From Tannerellaceae bacterium (GTDB lineage: Bacteria; Bacillota_I; Bacilli_A; Erysipelotrichales; Erysipelotrichaceae), in the NCBI GenBank assembly GCA_963605145.1, contig CAVCTP010000001.1:1-51703 (forward strand): a DNA stretch of 51,703 nt. Reading direction: 5' to 3'. Shown one piece after another: positions 19,015 through 28,167 of the stretch. Below the pieces are notes generated by a model. It was not told the DNA's origin. It saw only the letters and a list, made by a program, of their open reading frames with translations, and did not search any database. The position numbers and the translations under genes are program-made. Within the stretch, counting starts at the first letter, position 1, and every line of letters begins with the position of its first letter.

Positions 19015-19055
19015 ACACTAACCTCAACTTTCTCATAATATTGCGCTTTACATTT

Positions 19056-19082
19056 AAAATGTTCCTAAATTAGGAACATTTT
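19056..19082 (-). terminator. Strong intrinsic terminator closing the long minus-strand unit
   Basis: AAAATGTTCCTAA-a-TTAGGAACATTTT, a near-perfect palindrome with flanking A and T runs. Confidence 0.85.
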
Positions 19083-19103
19083 AGATAAAGATTATATGAA
19101 TGA

Positions 19104-20264
19104 TTAATATAACAATGTATCTACTTTATTAACTAAATCAATAAGTTTACTTCTACTATTTTCAATTAATTTTATGTTCTCTGGCTCACGTCTTAAAGTT
19201 CTTCTAAGACATCTAGTATAGCCAACAATTCTAGCTTTAAGTTTAACATCCTCTTTAAATTGTTCATCTTTATCTTCAAAATAGAAATCAATTAATTTAT
19301 TCCAAATATATGATGCAGTTTGCCAATCCATCATCATGAACTTTTCTGTTCTATTGTGATCTGTTTCGCCATATCCTACATAAGCTAAAAATATTGAAGC
19401 AAATTCAAAAATAGGATGGCCAACAGATAAAGTATCCATATCAATTAAGATAGCCTCACCATTGGCATAATGAACATTATTAGTATGATAATCACCATGA
19501 ATCATCGTATTTTGTTCAGGAACTGCATCAACTAATTTATATAACTTATCATATGTATCTGCTGGAATATGTCCATTTAACCATTCAACCCAAGATAAAA
19601 CTATTTGTTTTTCAGAAGGTAATAGTCCTGGTTTTACTTCAGTGCTATGTATTTCTTTAAGCATATCAGTGAATATCTTGATATATTTATCTTTATTTTC
19701 TGGTTCATCATTTATATATTTTGTTATAGATTTAGCACTTAACATTTCAAATACTGAACCATATTTATCACCAACTTTAACAACATCAAAAGGAATAGCG
19801 GTATTAATTCCTAAAACTAGAGCAGTTTTCGCAAGTTCTCTTTCTCTTTTTATTGATTCTAAAGCATCATTATTTTTATATACTTTGATAATAGTATCAG
19901 GATTTAAACGATAAACAATACCATTAGAACCCTCACCTATAACTTCACATCCATCAATTGAAACTTTACGATATGCTTTTTCAATATTCATCATTTCACT
20001 AAAGCCTGTCATCTCAAAAATTTCATATATTTCAGATGAACAATTGATAATCTTTAAATTAATATCCTTTTTTCTTAGTTTTAGAATTTGTCTTAAACCA
20101 GCGCTAGAAATATATTTTAAATTCTCTAAATCTAAAACTAAGGAACCTTGAGGAGTTTGAGATCTAATTTCTTCAATTTGCTTACCTACTTGTTCAGCAT
20201 TGCTGGTATCAACACTTCCATCAAGATATATTGTTAGTACATCATTTTCAAATTTGCTCTCCAT
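19104..20264 (-). CDS. Fusion protein: N-terminal STAS (anti-sigma antagonist) domain plus C-terminal APH/choline-kinase/protein-kinase-like phosphotransferase domain
   Basis: STAS: LKYISSAGLRQILKL ... EIFEMTGFSEMMNIE. Kinase-like: glycine loop GEGSNGIVY, IIKVYK, catalytic HGDYHTNNV, metal-binding LIDMDT. SD GGGGAGA. Confidence 0.8.
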   Translation of the reverse strand: MESKFENDVLTIYLDGSVDTSNAEQVGKQIEEIRSQTPQGSLVLDLENLKYISSAGLRQILKLRKKDINLKIINCSSEIYEIFEMTGFSEMMNIEKAYRKVSIDGCEVIGEGSNGIVYRLNPDTIIKVYKNNDALESIKRERELAKTALVLGINTAIPFDVVKVGDKYGSVFEMLSAKSITKYINDEPENKDKYIKIFTDMLKEIHSTEVKPGLLPSEKQIVLSWVEWLNGHIPADTYDKLYKLVDAVPEQNTMIHGDYHTNNVHYANGEAILIDMDTLSVGHPIFEFASIFLAYVGYGETDHNRTEKFMMMDWQTASYIWNKLIDFYFEDKDEQFKEDVKLKARIVGYTRCLRRTLRREPENIKLIENSRSKLIDLVNKVDTLLY

Positions 20265-20276
20265 CAGTTTTCTCCC

Positions 20277-20693
20277 CTATTTTATTGTTTTACGCATTAC
20301 AAAAATATTCAAACCATCAATTCTTTGATAAGCACATTCATCCATTGATTTTTTAACCATATAAATACCTAAACCACCAATATCTCTATCTTCGGCATTC
20401 AAAGTAACATCAGGATCTTTTTTATTTAACGGATTAAATTCCATACCAGAATCAACTAATTGAATATAGACATCTTCATCAGTAAACCATACAGCAATCA
20501 TGCATTTGCCTACCTTTTCACCATAGGCATAATTTGCGACATTGGTATACATCTCTTCTACCGCAATATCTATAGTCATCTGTGCTTTCATAGATGCACC
20601 ATGCATTTCTAATTGTTCATCAACAAAAGCTAATACGTCATGCATATTATCTACTTTTGCTTCAAATACTTTTTCTATATAATCTTTTTCCAT
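20277..20693 (-). CDS. RsbW/SpoIIAB-like anti-sigma regulatory Ser/Thr kinase (HATPase_c type)
   Basis: 138 aa. N-box-like AVEEMYTNVANYAY, DSGMEFNP, and G2 box GGLGIYMVKKSMD. Confidence 0.8.
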   Translation of the reverse strand: MEKDYIEKVFEAKVDNMHDVLAFVDEQLEMHGASMKAQMTIDIAVEEMYTNVANYAYGEKVGKCMIAVWFTDEDVYIQLVDSGMEFNPLNKKDPDVTLNAEDRDIGGLGIYMVKKSMDECAYQRIDGLNIFVMRKTIK

Positions 20694-20695
20694 AA

Positions 20696-21727
20696 TTAAT
20701 ATATATTATATTTACATCCACTATGGTGAATTCTTTTTTCCTCATACATTCTCGAATCAGCTAATAATGTAAGTTTATCAAAATCTAAGCCTGGATCTTC
20801 TTTGGTACATGCGTGACCTACAGATATAGAAATATCCATATCAGAATGTATTAACTTATATGTTGAACAATATTCTTTAAATTTATTAATCATCTCTTGA
20901 GGATTGATATCCTTAGATATAACTACAAATTCATCGCCACCAATTCTAAAGCACTCTGATCCTTCAAAAATCTTTTGAATTGCGGTAGCAGCAGCTTTAA
21001 TTAATTCATCACCAGCCTCATGGCCATAAGTATCGTTGGTGTATTTTAAATGATTTAAGTCAAAAGAGAAACAACATAAATCATTTTTAATGCCTTCTTT
21101 TCTTATCTTTTCTCTTACTTCGTTATAATATTTACGATTATGTAAATTTGTTAAAGCATCATAATAAGATTCTTGATAAATTTTCTTATAAAGTAATTGT
21201 CTTTGCCACATTAGGAAGGTATTAGAACCAAAGGATGCAAAATATAGTAAAGGAAAACGTAACATAAAGTTAGGAGTATAGTAATCCTTAACAATACTTG
21301 AAAGTGGTGTATAAAATAAAACAATTATAAATATTTGAAAGTATAAACTTAAGATAAAGCCAAAACCCATACCTACTAGTAACATGCCAATAGCAGGTAC
21401 TAATAATATCCACAAAATCGCAAAGCCATCATTGCCACCTGTTAAGGCAAAGAAAGAAAACATTCCACCACACAAGATAACTATGATTGTTCTGCTTATT
21501 ATATATTTCTTCTTTAAAGCAAATAAAGCAGAAATAAAAAAGCCAATAGAAAGAATAGTAGTGGCAATACTCATAAATGGTTTAACATGGTTAGAAAAAT
21601 TAACGCCAGTTAAAATAATAGAAATAACCATAAAAAACATACTACCGAATAATTCTTCGGAGTAAGCATTTTTATTAGTTATTTCTCTGCCCTTTTCTTT
21701 AAAAAGAAAATTCAACAATTTATGCAC
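20696..21727 (-). CDS. Membrane-bound diguanylate cyclase (GGDEF domain)
   Basis: About 6 TM helices, then DALTNLHNRKY ... FDLNHLKYTNDTYGHEAGDELI ... RIGGDEFVV. GTG start with SD AGGGGA. No RxxD I-site is visible five residues upstream of GGDEF (the sequence there is GSECF). Confidence 0.9.
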   Translation of the reverse strand: MHKLLNFLFKEKGREITNKNAYSEELFGSMFFMVISIILTGVNFSNHVKPFMSIATTILSIGFFISALFALKKKYIISRTIIVILCGGMFSFFALTGGNDGFAILWILLVPAIGMLLVGMGFGFILSLYFQIFIIVLFYTPLSSIVKDYYTPNFMLRFPLLYFASFGSNTFLMWQRQLLYKKIYQESYYDALTNLHNRKYYNEVREKIRKEGIKNDLCCFSFDLNHLKYTNDTYGHEAGDELIKAAATAIQKIFEGSECFRIGGDEFVVISKDINPQEMINKFKEYCSTYKLIHSDMDISISVGHACTKEDPGLDFDKLTLLADSRMYEEKRIHHSGCKYNIY

Positions 21728-21770
21728 TATTAATCCCCTATCTAGTTAATAAATTATTAAAATTAAACAA

Positions 21771-22067
21771 TTATTCAATTGTCAAAATAGATGTAAAACC
21801 AGTAATTTCAAATACTTCCAAGACTTCTGGTTTAACATTAATTATTTTCATAGTTCCTAGATTATTCATCTTCTTTTGTGCTGCTAGTATAACTCTTAAA
21901 CCAGCAGAAGATATATAGTCTAGTTGCGCAAAATCAAATACTAATTCTTTAATAGTATCTAATGTTCCATCTAATTCTTTTTCTAATTCAGGAGCAGTTG
22001 TTGTATCTAATCTACCTTCTAGGCCAATAGTACATAAACTACCATCAATTAATTTATTTATCTTCAA
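21771..22067 (-). CDS. STAS-domain anti-sigma-factor antagonist (SpoIIAA/RsbV-like)
   Basis: 98 aa, with LDYISSAGLRVIL carrying the conserved phosphorylatable Ser, and EVFEITGFTSILTIE. TTG start 6 nt after SD GGAGG. Confidence 0.85.
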   Translation of the reverse strand: MKINKLIDGSLCTIGLEGRLDTTTAPELEKELDGTLDTIKELVFDFAQLDYISSAGLRVILAAQKKMNNLGTMKIINVKPEVLEVFEITGFTSILTIE

Positions 22068-22099
22068 TTTGGGCCTCCATCTATGACTTTATTATACTA

Positions 22100-23581
22100 T
22101 CAATCTTCTTCAATTATTTCTATTGCTTTAAGCATTTGATAATCATTTTCTTGCTTGGCAAGACTTGCGACAACTTCAGATATTAAGCAATCATATGTTT
22201 GTTTATCTAATTTACTATCTGCACTTAAGTCATTATCAATCTTAAATTCTTTTAAAGCATCGGCAAATTCTTCATTGAAATAACCATCTTGACGATCATC
22301 ATAATAATTTAAGAAAGTTAAACATTTTTGGGCTACAGCAACCTTATCACTAACGCAATCTAGTTCTAAGACTTCATCTTCTTTCATAGCCTCGTATTGT
22401 TCATAATAGATATCAGCTTCCTTAACTTCAACATCAGGAATTATACCTGTACCATGAATAGAATTACCATTAGGTGAATACCATCTATAACTAGTAAATT
22501 TAATTGCCCCGCCATTTGATAAATAACGACTTGATTGAATTACGCCTTTACCATAGGTTGTAGTACCAACAATAGTAACATTATCTAATTGTTCTTTTAG
22601 ACAAATTGTAAATACTTCAGCTGCTGAAGCAGTATTTTCATTAACAAGTAAAACAATTGAATCAAAGTTTGTATATGTCTTTGTGCATGAAGTTTTACTT
22701 TCTATAACATTACCATTTTTATCTTCTTGTTTTAGATATACTCTATCATTGCCAATAAATAAGCCACAAATTTCACTAACTGAATTTTGATATCCGCCAC
22801 CATCATTTCTTAAATCAATGATAATCTTCTTATAATCGGTATATTGATCGAGATATGTCATACAATCTTTAGCAGTAGTTTCACCAAAACTATAGATATG
22901 TAAGACCACATGATCGTCTTCTGCATAACAATAAACCGAATTATCAATAGCAGCACGAGTAATTTCCATATCGATATACTCACTACCTCTTAAAACAGTA
23001 ATTGTTACAATTGTTCCTTCTTCACCTAATACTTTTTCTTTGAGTTCACTTGATTCCATGCCGCTAGTAGATTCACCATCTACATGAGTTATGATATCTC
23101 CTGCCTGCATGCCGGCTTTTTCAGCGGGTGAGTTAATAATTACTCTTTCAATTAATGGATAATCACCTTGAACAACATAAACTACACCAATACCAACATA
23201 TTCCATATTGATACTCTCAGAAAATTCTTCCATTTCCTTTTTTGACATATAAGTAGTATATGGATCATCTTCAAATTCCGTCATACCATAAAAAGCCTTA
23301 TCCTCTAATTCGCTTTGTAGGTCTTCATATTCATCAGAATATAACCAATAGTTCTCTAATAGAGCTTCTATTTCACCAAGCGTATTTGTTGCATCAGCAT
23401 TTTTTCTAGGGTATAAATCTCTATAAAAAATAATTCCTAAACCAAAACCAATAAATAAAAATAAGATAAGTATAAAAGAATAGAGAAAAATCTTCTTTCT
23501 TTTTTGCTTCTTTTCATTTCTTTCTGATTCCAAAGGAACCTTTTTTAAATTTACATAAACTTTATCATTTTCTTCATTCAT
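22100..23581 (-). CDS. S41-family C-terminal processing peptidase (Ctp) with a PDZ domain and a C-terminal peptidoglycan-binding-like repeat
   Basis: N-terminal TM. PDZ SPAEKAGMQAGDIITHVDG. Catalytic region NENTASAAEVF and YGKGVIQ. Start is either the ATG at 23581 or the GTG at 23590. Confidence 0.85.
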   Translation of the reverse strand: MNEENDKVYVNLKKVPLESERNEKKQKRKKIFLYSFILILFLFIGFGLGIIFYRDLYPRKNADATNTLGEIEALLENYWLYSDEYEDLQSELEDKAFYGMTEFEDDPYTTYMSKKEMEEFSESINMEYVGIGVVYVVQGDYPLIERVIINSPAEKAGMQAGDIITHVDGESTSGMESSELKEKVLGEEGTIVTITVLRGSEYIDMEITRAAIDNSVYCYAEDDHVVLHIYSFGETTAKDCMTYLDQYTDYKKIIIDLRNDGGGYQNSVSEICGLFIGNDRVYLKQEDKNGNVIESKTSCTKTYTNFDSIVLLVNENTASAAEVFTICLKEQLDNVTIVGTTTYGKGVIQSSRYLSNGGAIKFTSYRWYSPNGNSIHGTGIIPDVEVKEADIYYEQYEAMKEDEVLELDCVSDKVAVAQKCLTFLNYYDDRQDGYFNEEFADALKEFKIDNDLSADSKLDKQTYDCLISEVVASLAKQENDYQMLKAIEIIEED

Positions 23582-23582
23582 T

Positions 23583-24947
23583 TTAAGCACCCGGTAAATA
23601 CCATTCAGGATTTAAGATACATGGCGCAGATTGTCTACGCGATCCATCATTGTAATAACATCTATTATTATATGCAGTTCTTCCTCTACCACATGACCAA
23701 GTAACATTCCAAGACATGTCTAGATATTCATCTAATGTGCCACTACCTAATTCATACATTTCAATATGACAATGTGGTCCAGTTGATTGACCAGATGAGC
23801 CAACTAAGGCAATTACATCATCTTGTAAGACAAAGTCACCTACACTTACTTTTAAAGAATTTAAATGCATGAAGATAAAGCCATAAACCTTGCCATCAAC
23901 TTCACACATCATATATATTTGATTACCGCCACCACCTAGTGGCACGCCACATGAGTCAAATACATAAGATTTATTTACATCAGGGCAACTACTACTAGCT
24001 CTAACTATAACACCTGTTGCTGGGGCATGAACTTCCGTATATCTACTAGCGGCATAATCAACACCTAAATGCCATTTACCATCTAAGAAATCAGATGAAT
24101 AATTCCAAACTCCAGCAGAAATCCAAGAATTATGTACACAGGCAACAAAGCCAGTACTAACACTAATTCCGGCATCCCTTACCGCATCGGCAATAGTAGA
24201 AAATGATTCATAGACATTATCTTTTTCTTCATTCATTCTATCTAATTCTTCCTGAATCTCAGCAGCTTGTTGTTCATAATACTCTTGCATTACTTTTAAT
24301 TCTTCTTGCTTAGTAACTAATTCTTTATAGCTTTCATCTAAAACACTTTTAGATTCATCTAATTCTTTCTTATCATTAGTTAATTGAGTAATTATTTCAA
24401 TATAATCTTCTCTATCAGCCTTATCTTTAGAAACAACAGCCTCAACGCCATAGATTCTTCTAAGCATATCTGTAAAAGATTTTGAACCCAATATAAATTC
24501 CAAATAACCATTAAAATGCATCGTCTTTTGCGAATTTACCATTCTATTTTTAACACGTGTATTTAAAGCTTCTACTAATGCTTCATTTTCAGCTATTTGC
24601 GTTTCTAATTCTTCTATCCTTACTTTTAATTCATTAATTTGGGTAGCTAAAGAATCAATCTCTTCTTGCATTCCTTCAGCTTCCTTAGCATATTTATTGG
24701 CTAATTCTTCTTTAGCTTCTTTATCATCTTTAGCGTTTTCTATCTCTTTTTCTTTTTCCTTTACTTTGTTTCTAGCATCTTCATACATCTGTTGACATTC
24801 TTCATAAGTGAACTCTTCACCATTAATAACGCAACCTTCATTTTCTGATGTATCTTCATCATCTTCAGCATAAATAAAACTTGCTTCGTTTAAATTAAGC
24901 AAGACTAATAATAAACATAGTAAAACTGATAATATTTTTTTAGGCAT
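23583..24947 (-). CDS. Secreted coiled-coil M23 metallopeptidase (PcsB/EnvC-like partner of FtsEX)
   Basis: Signal peptide, a long coiled coil of about 200 aa, then M23 motifs HLGVDYAA and GPHCHIEMY, so the catalytic residues are retained. TAATG coupling to ftsX. Confidence 0.85.
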   Translation of the reverse strand: MPKKILSVLLCLLLVLLNLNEASFIYAEDDEDTSENEGCVINGEEFTYEECQQMYEDARNKVKEKEKEIENAKDDKEAKEELANKYAKEAEGMQEEIDSLATQINELKVRIEELETQIAENEALVEALNTRVKNRMVNSQKTMHFNGYLEFILGSKSFTDMLRRIYGVEAVVSKDKADREDYIEIITQLTNDKKELDESKSVLDESYKELVTKQEELKVMQEYYEQQAAEIQEELDRMNEEKDNVYESFSTIADAVRDAGISVSTGFVACVHNSWISAGVWNYSSDFLDGKWHLGVDYAASRYTEVHAPATGVIVRASSSCPDVNKSYVFDSCGVPLGGGGNQIYMMCEVDGKVYGFIFMHLNSLKVSVGDFVLQDDVIALVGSSGQSTGPHCHIEMYELGSGTLDEYLDMSWNVTWSCGRGRTAYNNRCYYNDGSRRQSAPCILNPEWYLPGA

Positions 24948-25843
24948 TATCTAGTTAACCTCAAATACTTGCATACCGAAATGTAAGAACCAATAAAACC
25001 AACAACAATGCCAATTAATAATAAAGCTAAAGACAAATATAAAATATATGGAAATACGGGAATTAAAGATAATACACCAGCTAAAACACCACCTGATAAG
25101 TTATATAAACGATAATAACCATAAATAATTAAACCAATAGGAATAATAGAACCAATAACACCAATAATAATTCCTTCTACCAAGAATGGTGCTCTAATAT
25201 AACCATTTTTAGCGCCGACATTTCTCATGATGATAATTTCATCTTTTCTAGTAGCAATTGTAACTTTAATAGTGTTATAGATTAGATAGATTGCTAGTAA
25301 GACTAAAGCTAAAACAAATATAGCACCAGCCAATCTAGTTTCTTGTAGGATATTAATTAAACGATAGGTATTAGTACCACCATCTTCTACAGAAGATATG
25401 CCATTAATCTTACCGATATTGGTTTTGATAGTAGACATATTTGAACCTTCAGTTAAAGAAACAATATAAACATCATGGAAAGGATTATCTTCACGATATA
25501 ATTCAGAGAACTCTACCATATCAGGATATTGTTCATTATAATAATCAAATTCTTGATCCTTTGTACGATATTCAACAGATAAAACACCATCCATATTTTC
25601 TATTTGTTTTTGCATAGATTTTAATTGTGTTTGATCTGTAACATCATAATCAATCAAAGCAACTAAAGATATAGATTGTTCTATTTCTTGAGTTAAGAAA
25701 GCAACATTACTTACTAGGACCGCAAAAACACCAATCATCGTTAAAGTAATTGTTACCGCAGTAGCACTAGAAAAAGCCATCCCAAAGTGACGTCTAACAC
25801 CAATAAAGCCTTCTTTTATATGTCTAAAAAATCTTCTAAACAT
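24947..25843 (-). CDS. ftsX: Cell-division ABC transporter permease FtsX
   Basis: 4-TM FtsX topology with a large extracellular loop. I prefer the ATG at 25843 (SD GAAGGTGA) over the track's GTG at 25852. Confidence 0.85.
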   Translation of the reverse strand: MFRRFFRHIKEGFIGVRRHFGMAFSSATAVTITLTMIGVFAVLVSNVAFLTQEIEQSISLVALIDYDVTDQTQLKSMQKQIENMDGVLSVEYRTKDQEFDYYNEQYPDMVEFSELYREDNPFHDVYIVSLTEGSNMSTIKTNIGKINGISSVEDGGTNTYRLINILQETRLAGAIFVLALVLLAIYLIYNTIKVTIATRKDEIIIMRNVGAKNGYIRAPFLVEGIIIGVIGSIIPIGLIIYGYYRLYNLSGGVLAGVLSLIPVFPYILYLSLALLLIGIVVGFIGSYISVCKYLRLTR

Positions 25844-26603
25844 TTTCTTCACCTTCTATTTCATCATCTTGCTTTTCAATAGGTAAAGAATTAATGGTAT
25901 TTAAGAATTGTTCTTCATTTTCCTTATTATCTTTAATATATGGATGATCATGAGTTATATGACCTGACTCAATTGTGATAATCCTCTTTGGGTGATTTTT
26001 AACCATTACATTATCATGAGTAACAACTAAAATGGTTGTTTTTTCTTCTTCATTAATTCTTTCTAAAATGGTAATAATCTCATTAGTCATTGCGGGATCT
26101 AGATTACCAGTAGGTTCATCAGCAATTAAAATAGCTGGCTTTTTAGAAATAGCTCTAGCAATAGCTACTCTTTGCTTCATACCACCAGATAATTGTGAAG
26201 GATAGGCCTTAGCCTTATCTTCTAGACCAACAAGTTTTAAAACTTCTCTTACCCTTTTTCTAATCTTTTCTGTAGGCATATCTAGTATTTCTAAAGCATA
26301 TGCTACATTTTCATAAGCTGTCTTTTCAGGTAAAAGTTTATAATCTTGGAATACTACGCCAATCTTTCTTCTATATAAATATACCTTTGATTTTCTAAGT
26401 CTACCTACATCAACACCAGATACTAGTACTTTTCCACTAGTAGCAATCTCTTCACCATCTAGTAATTTAATTAATGTTGATTTGCCAGAACCAGTAGGCC
26501 CAATAATATAAGCAAACTCGCCATCTTGTATCTCTAAATTAATGTTGTGTAAAGCATTTGTACCGTTTTTATATGTCTTTGAAACATTTCTAAGTTCTAT
26601 CAT
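25836..26603 (-). CDS. ftsE: Cell-division ABC transporter ATPase FtsE
   Basis: Walker A GPTGSGKST, signature LSGGMKQR, Walker B ILIADEPT. Acidic C-terminal extension. Confidence 0.9.
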   Translation of the reverse strand: MIELRNVSKTYKNGTNALHNINLEIQDGEFAYIIGPTGSGKSTLIKLLDGEEIATSGKVLVSGVDVGRLRKSKVYLYRRKIGVVFQDYKLLPEKTAYENVAYALEILDMPTEKIRKRVREVLKLVGLEDKAKAYPSQLSGGMKQRVAIARAISKKPAILIADEPTGNLDPAMTNEIITILERINEEEKTTILVVTHDNVMVKNHPKRIITIESGHITHDHPYIKDNKENEEQFLNTINSLPIEKQDDEIEGEENV

Positions 26604-26664
26604 ATTTATAATTGTAGCATATCACCTTTCACATGAATCGAATATGAAATTATTGTGAATTAGA

Positions 26665-27657
26665 TTACAAATTAGCAAACATATCTTTTGCATATAATCC
26701 AATATCTCTAGGGGAATTCATATTATATTTTTCTTTTATCTTTATAAAATAATCACCAATTATCTGTTTATCGATAATTTTAATAGAGATAGCACCATCT
26801 GAAAGTTCTCCTCTAGTATTAATCCATGGAGATTCATTATGAGTAAAAATTTCTAAAACCTTTCCACTATAACAACAAATATTTCTAATTACACTATCTA
26901 AAATTGCTTTTTCCTGTGTTGTGAATATAGATGAATCAAATGAATCAACTTTCAAGATTGGATCAAAATGATAATTGGCATATCTACTATAAATATCTCT
27001 ATAAACCGGACCATGTGACCAAGCTTCACAATCTTCTTTAAATATAAAATTTCCATAAAAGGCATAATAAAATCCTTGAATATAATAAAGACTCTTTTGT
27101 AGTGCGAGTGGCGTAATATCCTCACATTGATTTAAAAGATAAGCAATAACTTCATTTATCTTTTCACTAGATTTTTCATTATTAATTAAAGTCCTAACAG
27201 CTTTTAAACTTTTTTCATAAGTCTGTTTAGAATTCAAACGTTCTTTATTTTCCTCTAAAATATTTAGATAATAAGTAGGCTCATTAAATAAACGATTTAA
27301 AATCTCAGAATATTGTCTAGTAGGTATATCTCCATCAGCATAACGAGTAAAGGTATGTTCTCCCCAACCTAAAAGTATTGATAATGGACGTTTACCAATG
27401 GCATAGCGCTTAGGAATTGATTGAATCTTTTCAAGAGAAACAATACCATTTTCTTTTCGATATACATCATAAAGTGCTTTTAGATTAAACTCACTAATTT
27501 CTTCTACATCTATATAGGCTCCACAATTAGCACACTTTGCCTGCTTTCCTATATAGTGATAATCAACACCACGAATTGTTCCAACCATTTCCTTTTCTTC
27601 AATAATATATTCAACATCATCTCTACATTCTTCACAAAATACTTTTCTTTCGTTCAT
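26665..27657 (-). CDS. Putative antitoxin: MqsA-like zinc ribbon plus HTH, fused to a Panacea (DUF4065, SocA/GepA-like) domain
   Basis: CEEC...CANC zinc ribbon. HTH-like LSILLGWGEHTFTRYADGDIPTRQYSEILNRL (compare MqsA, from memory: GGGVNAFSRYEKGNAQPHPSTIKLLRVL). Panacea-like ITPLALQKSLYYIQGFYYAFYGNFIFKEDCEAWSHGPVYRDIY. The true start is the ATG at 27657, 8 nt after SD GGAGG; the track's TTG start is part of that SD. Confidence 0.7.
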   Translation of the reverse strand: MNERKVFCEECRDDVEYIIEEKEMVGTIRGVDYHYIGKQAKCANCGAYIDVEEISEFNLKALYDVYRKENGIVSLEKIQSIPKRYAIGKRPLSILLGWGEHTFTRYADGDIPTRQYSEILNRLFNEPTYYLNILEENKERLNSKQTYEKSLKAVRTLINNEKSSEKINEVIAYLLNQCEDITPLALQKSLYYIQGFYYAFYGNFIFKEDCEAWSHGPVYRDIYSRYANYHFDPILKVDSFDSSIFTTQEKAILDSVIRNICCYSGKVLEIFTHNESPWINTRGELSDGAISIKIIDKQIIGDYFIKIKEKYNMNSPRDIGLYAKDMFANL

Positions 27658-27678
27658 AATATTTTCCTCCAAAAATTC

Positions 27679-28137
27679 TTATTTAAATAAATATTCAATA
27701 GGTTTATTTAACTTATGAAAAGAGACGACAATTGTTCTATTTCCATTTAGTCTTTCAATCACATTGAACTTGGTATATATATCAATCTTTTCTTTTTCTC
27801 CTAGAGCATTAAACATTTCAACTTGAGGAACAAAAACATAAAGAATTTCATGCTCATATCCTATTTTTGTATTTTGTAAAGTATGACAAAAATCTTCTAT
27901 AGAAATTTGCATTAATATTTCTTTTCTCTTCTTAGGATAAATATTGTATTCATTTATAAAATTAATATTCTCCTGCCTATTTTCATTCATTGAAATCTGA
28001 AATCGGCCAGTTTCAACACATTCTTTTATTTTCAAAAGAACACTTTCAATTTCTTCCCTAGTATAATTTTGATTGTAATGCGAATTAGTCACTTCTTTAA
28101 TGTCCTTTCGTATATTATTATACACTATATGTACCAT
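27679..28137 (-). CDS. MqsR-like toxin candidate (ribosome-independent mRNA interferase family) with an extra N-terminal segment of about 40 aa
   Basis: By-eye alignment to E. coli MqsR, recalled from memory: LLKIKECVETGRFQIS vs VKKLVNAGQVRTT; ISIEDFCHTLQN vs LSESDFYKSMTT; ILYVFVPQ vs QDVYRPR; IDIYTKFNV vs VYLKITV; IVVSFHKL vs LIVSFKEK. Toxin-first gene order, as in mqsRA. Confidence 0.6.
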   Translation of the reverse strand: MVHIVYNNIRKDIKEVTNSHYNQNYTREEIESVLLKIKECVETGRFQISMNENRQENINFINEYNIYPKKRKEILMQISIEDFCHTLQNTKIGYEHEILYVFVPQVEMFNALGEKEKIDIYTKFNVIERLNGNRTIVVSFHKLNKPIEYLFK

Positions 28138-28153
28138 TTGACAAGATTGAAAT

Positions 28154-28167
28154 GTACTAATTAGTAC
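28154..28167. promoter_or_regulatory. Perfect 14-bp palindrome GTACTAATTAGTAC; candidate operator of the toxin-antitoxin promoter
   Basis: Lies 16 nt upstream of the toxin ATG (28137) and directly downstream of a TATAAA/CATATA -10 candidate (28169-28176). A TGACA -35-like element sits at 28194-28198. Confidence 0.45.
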
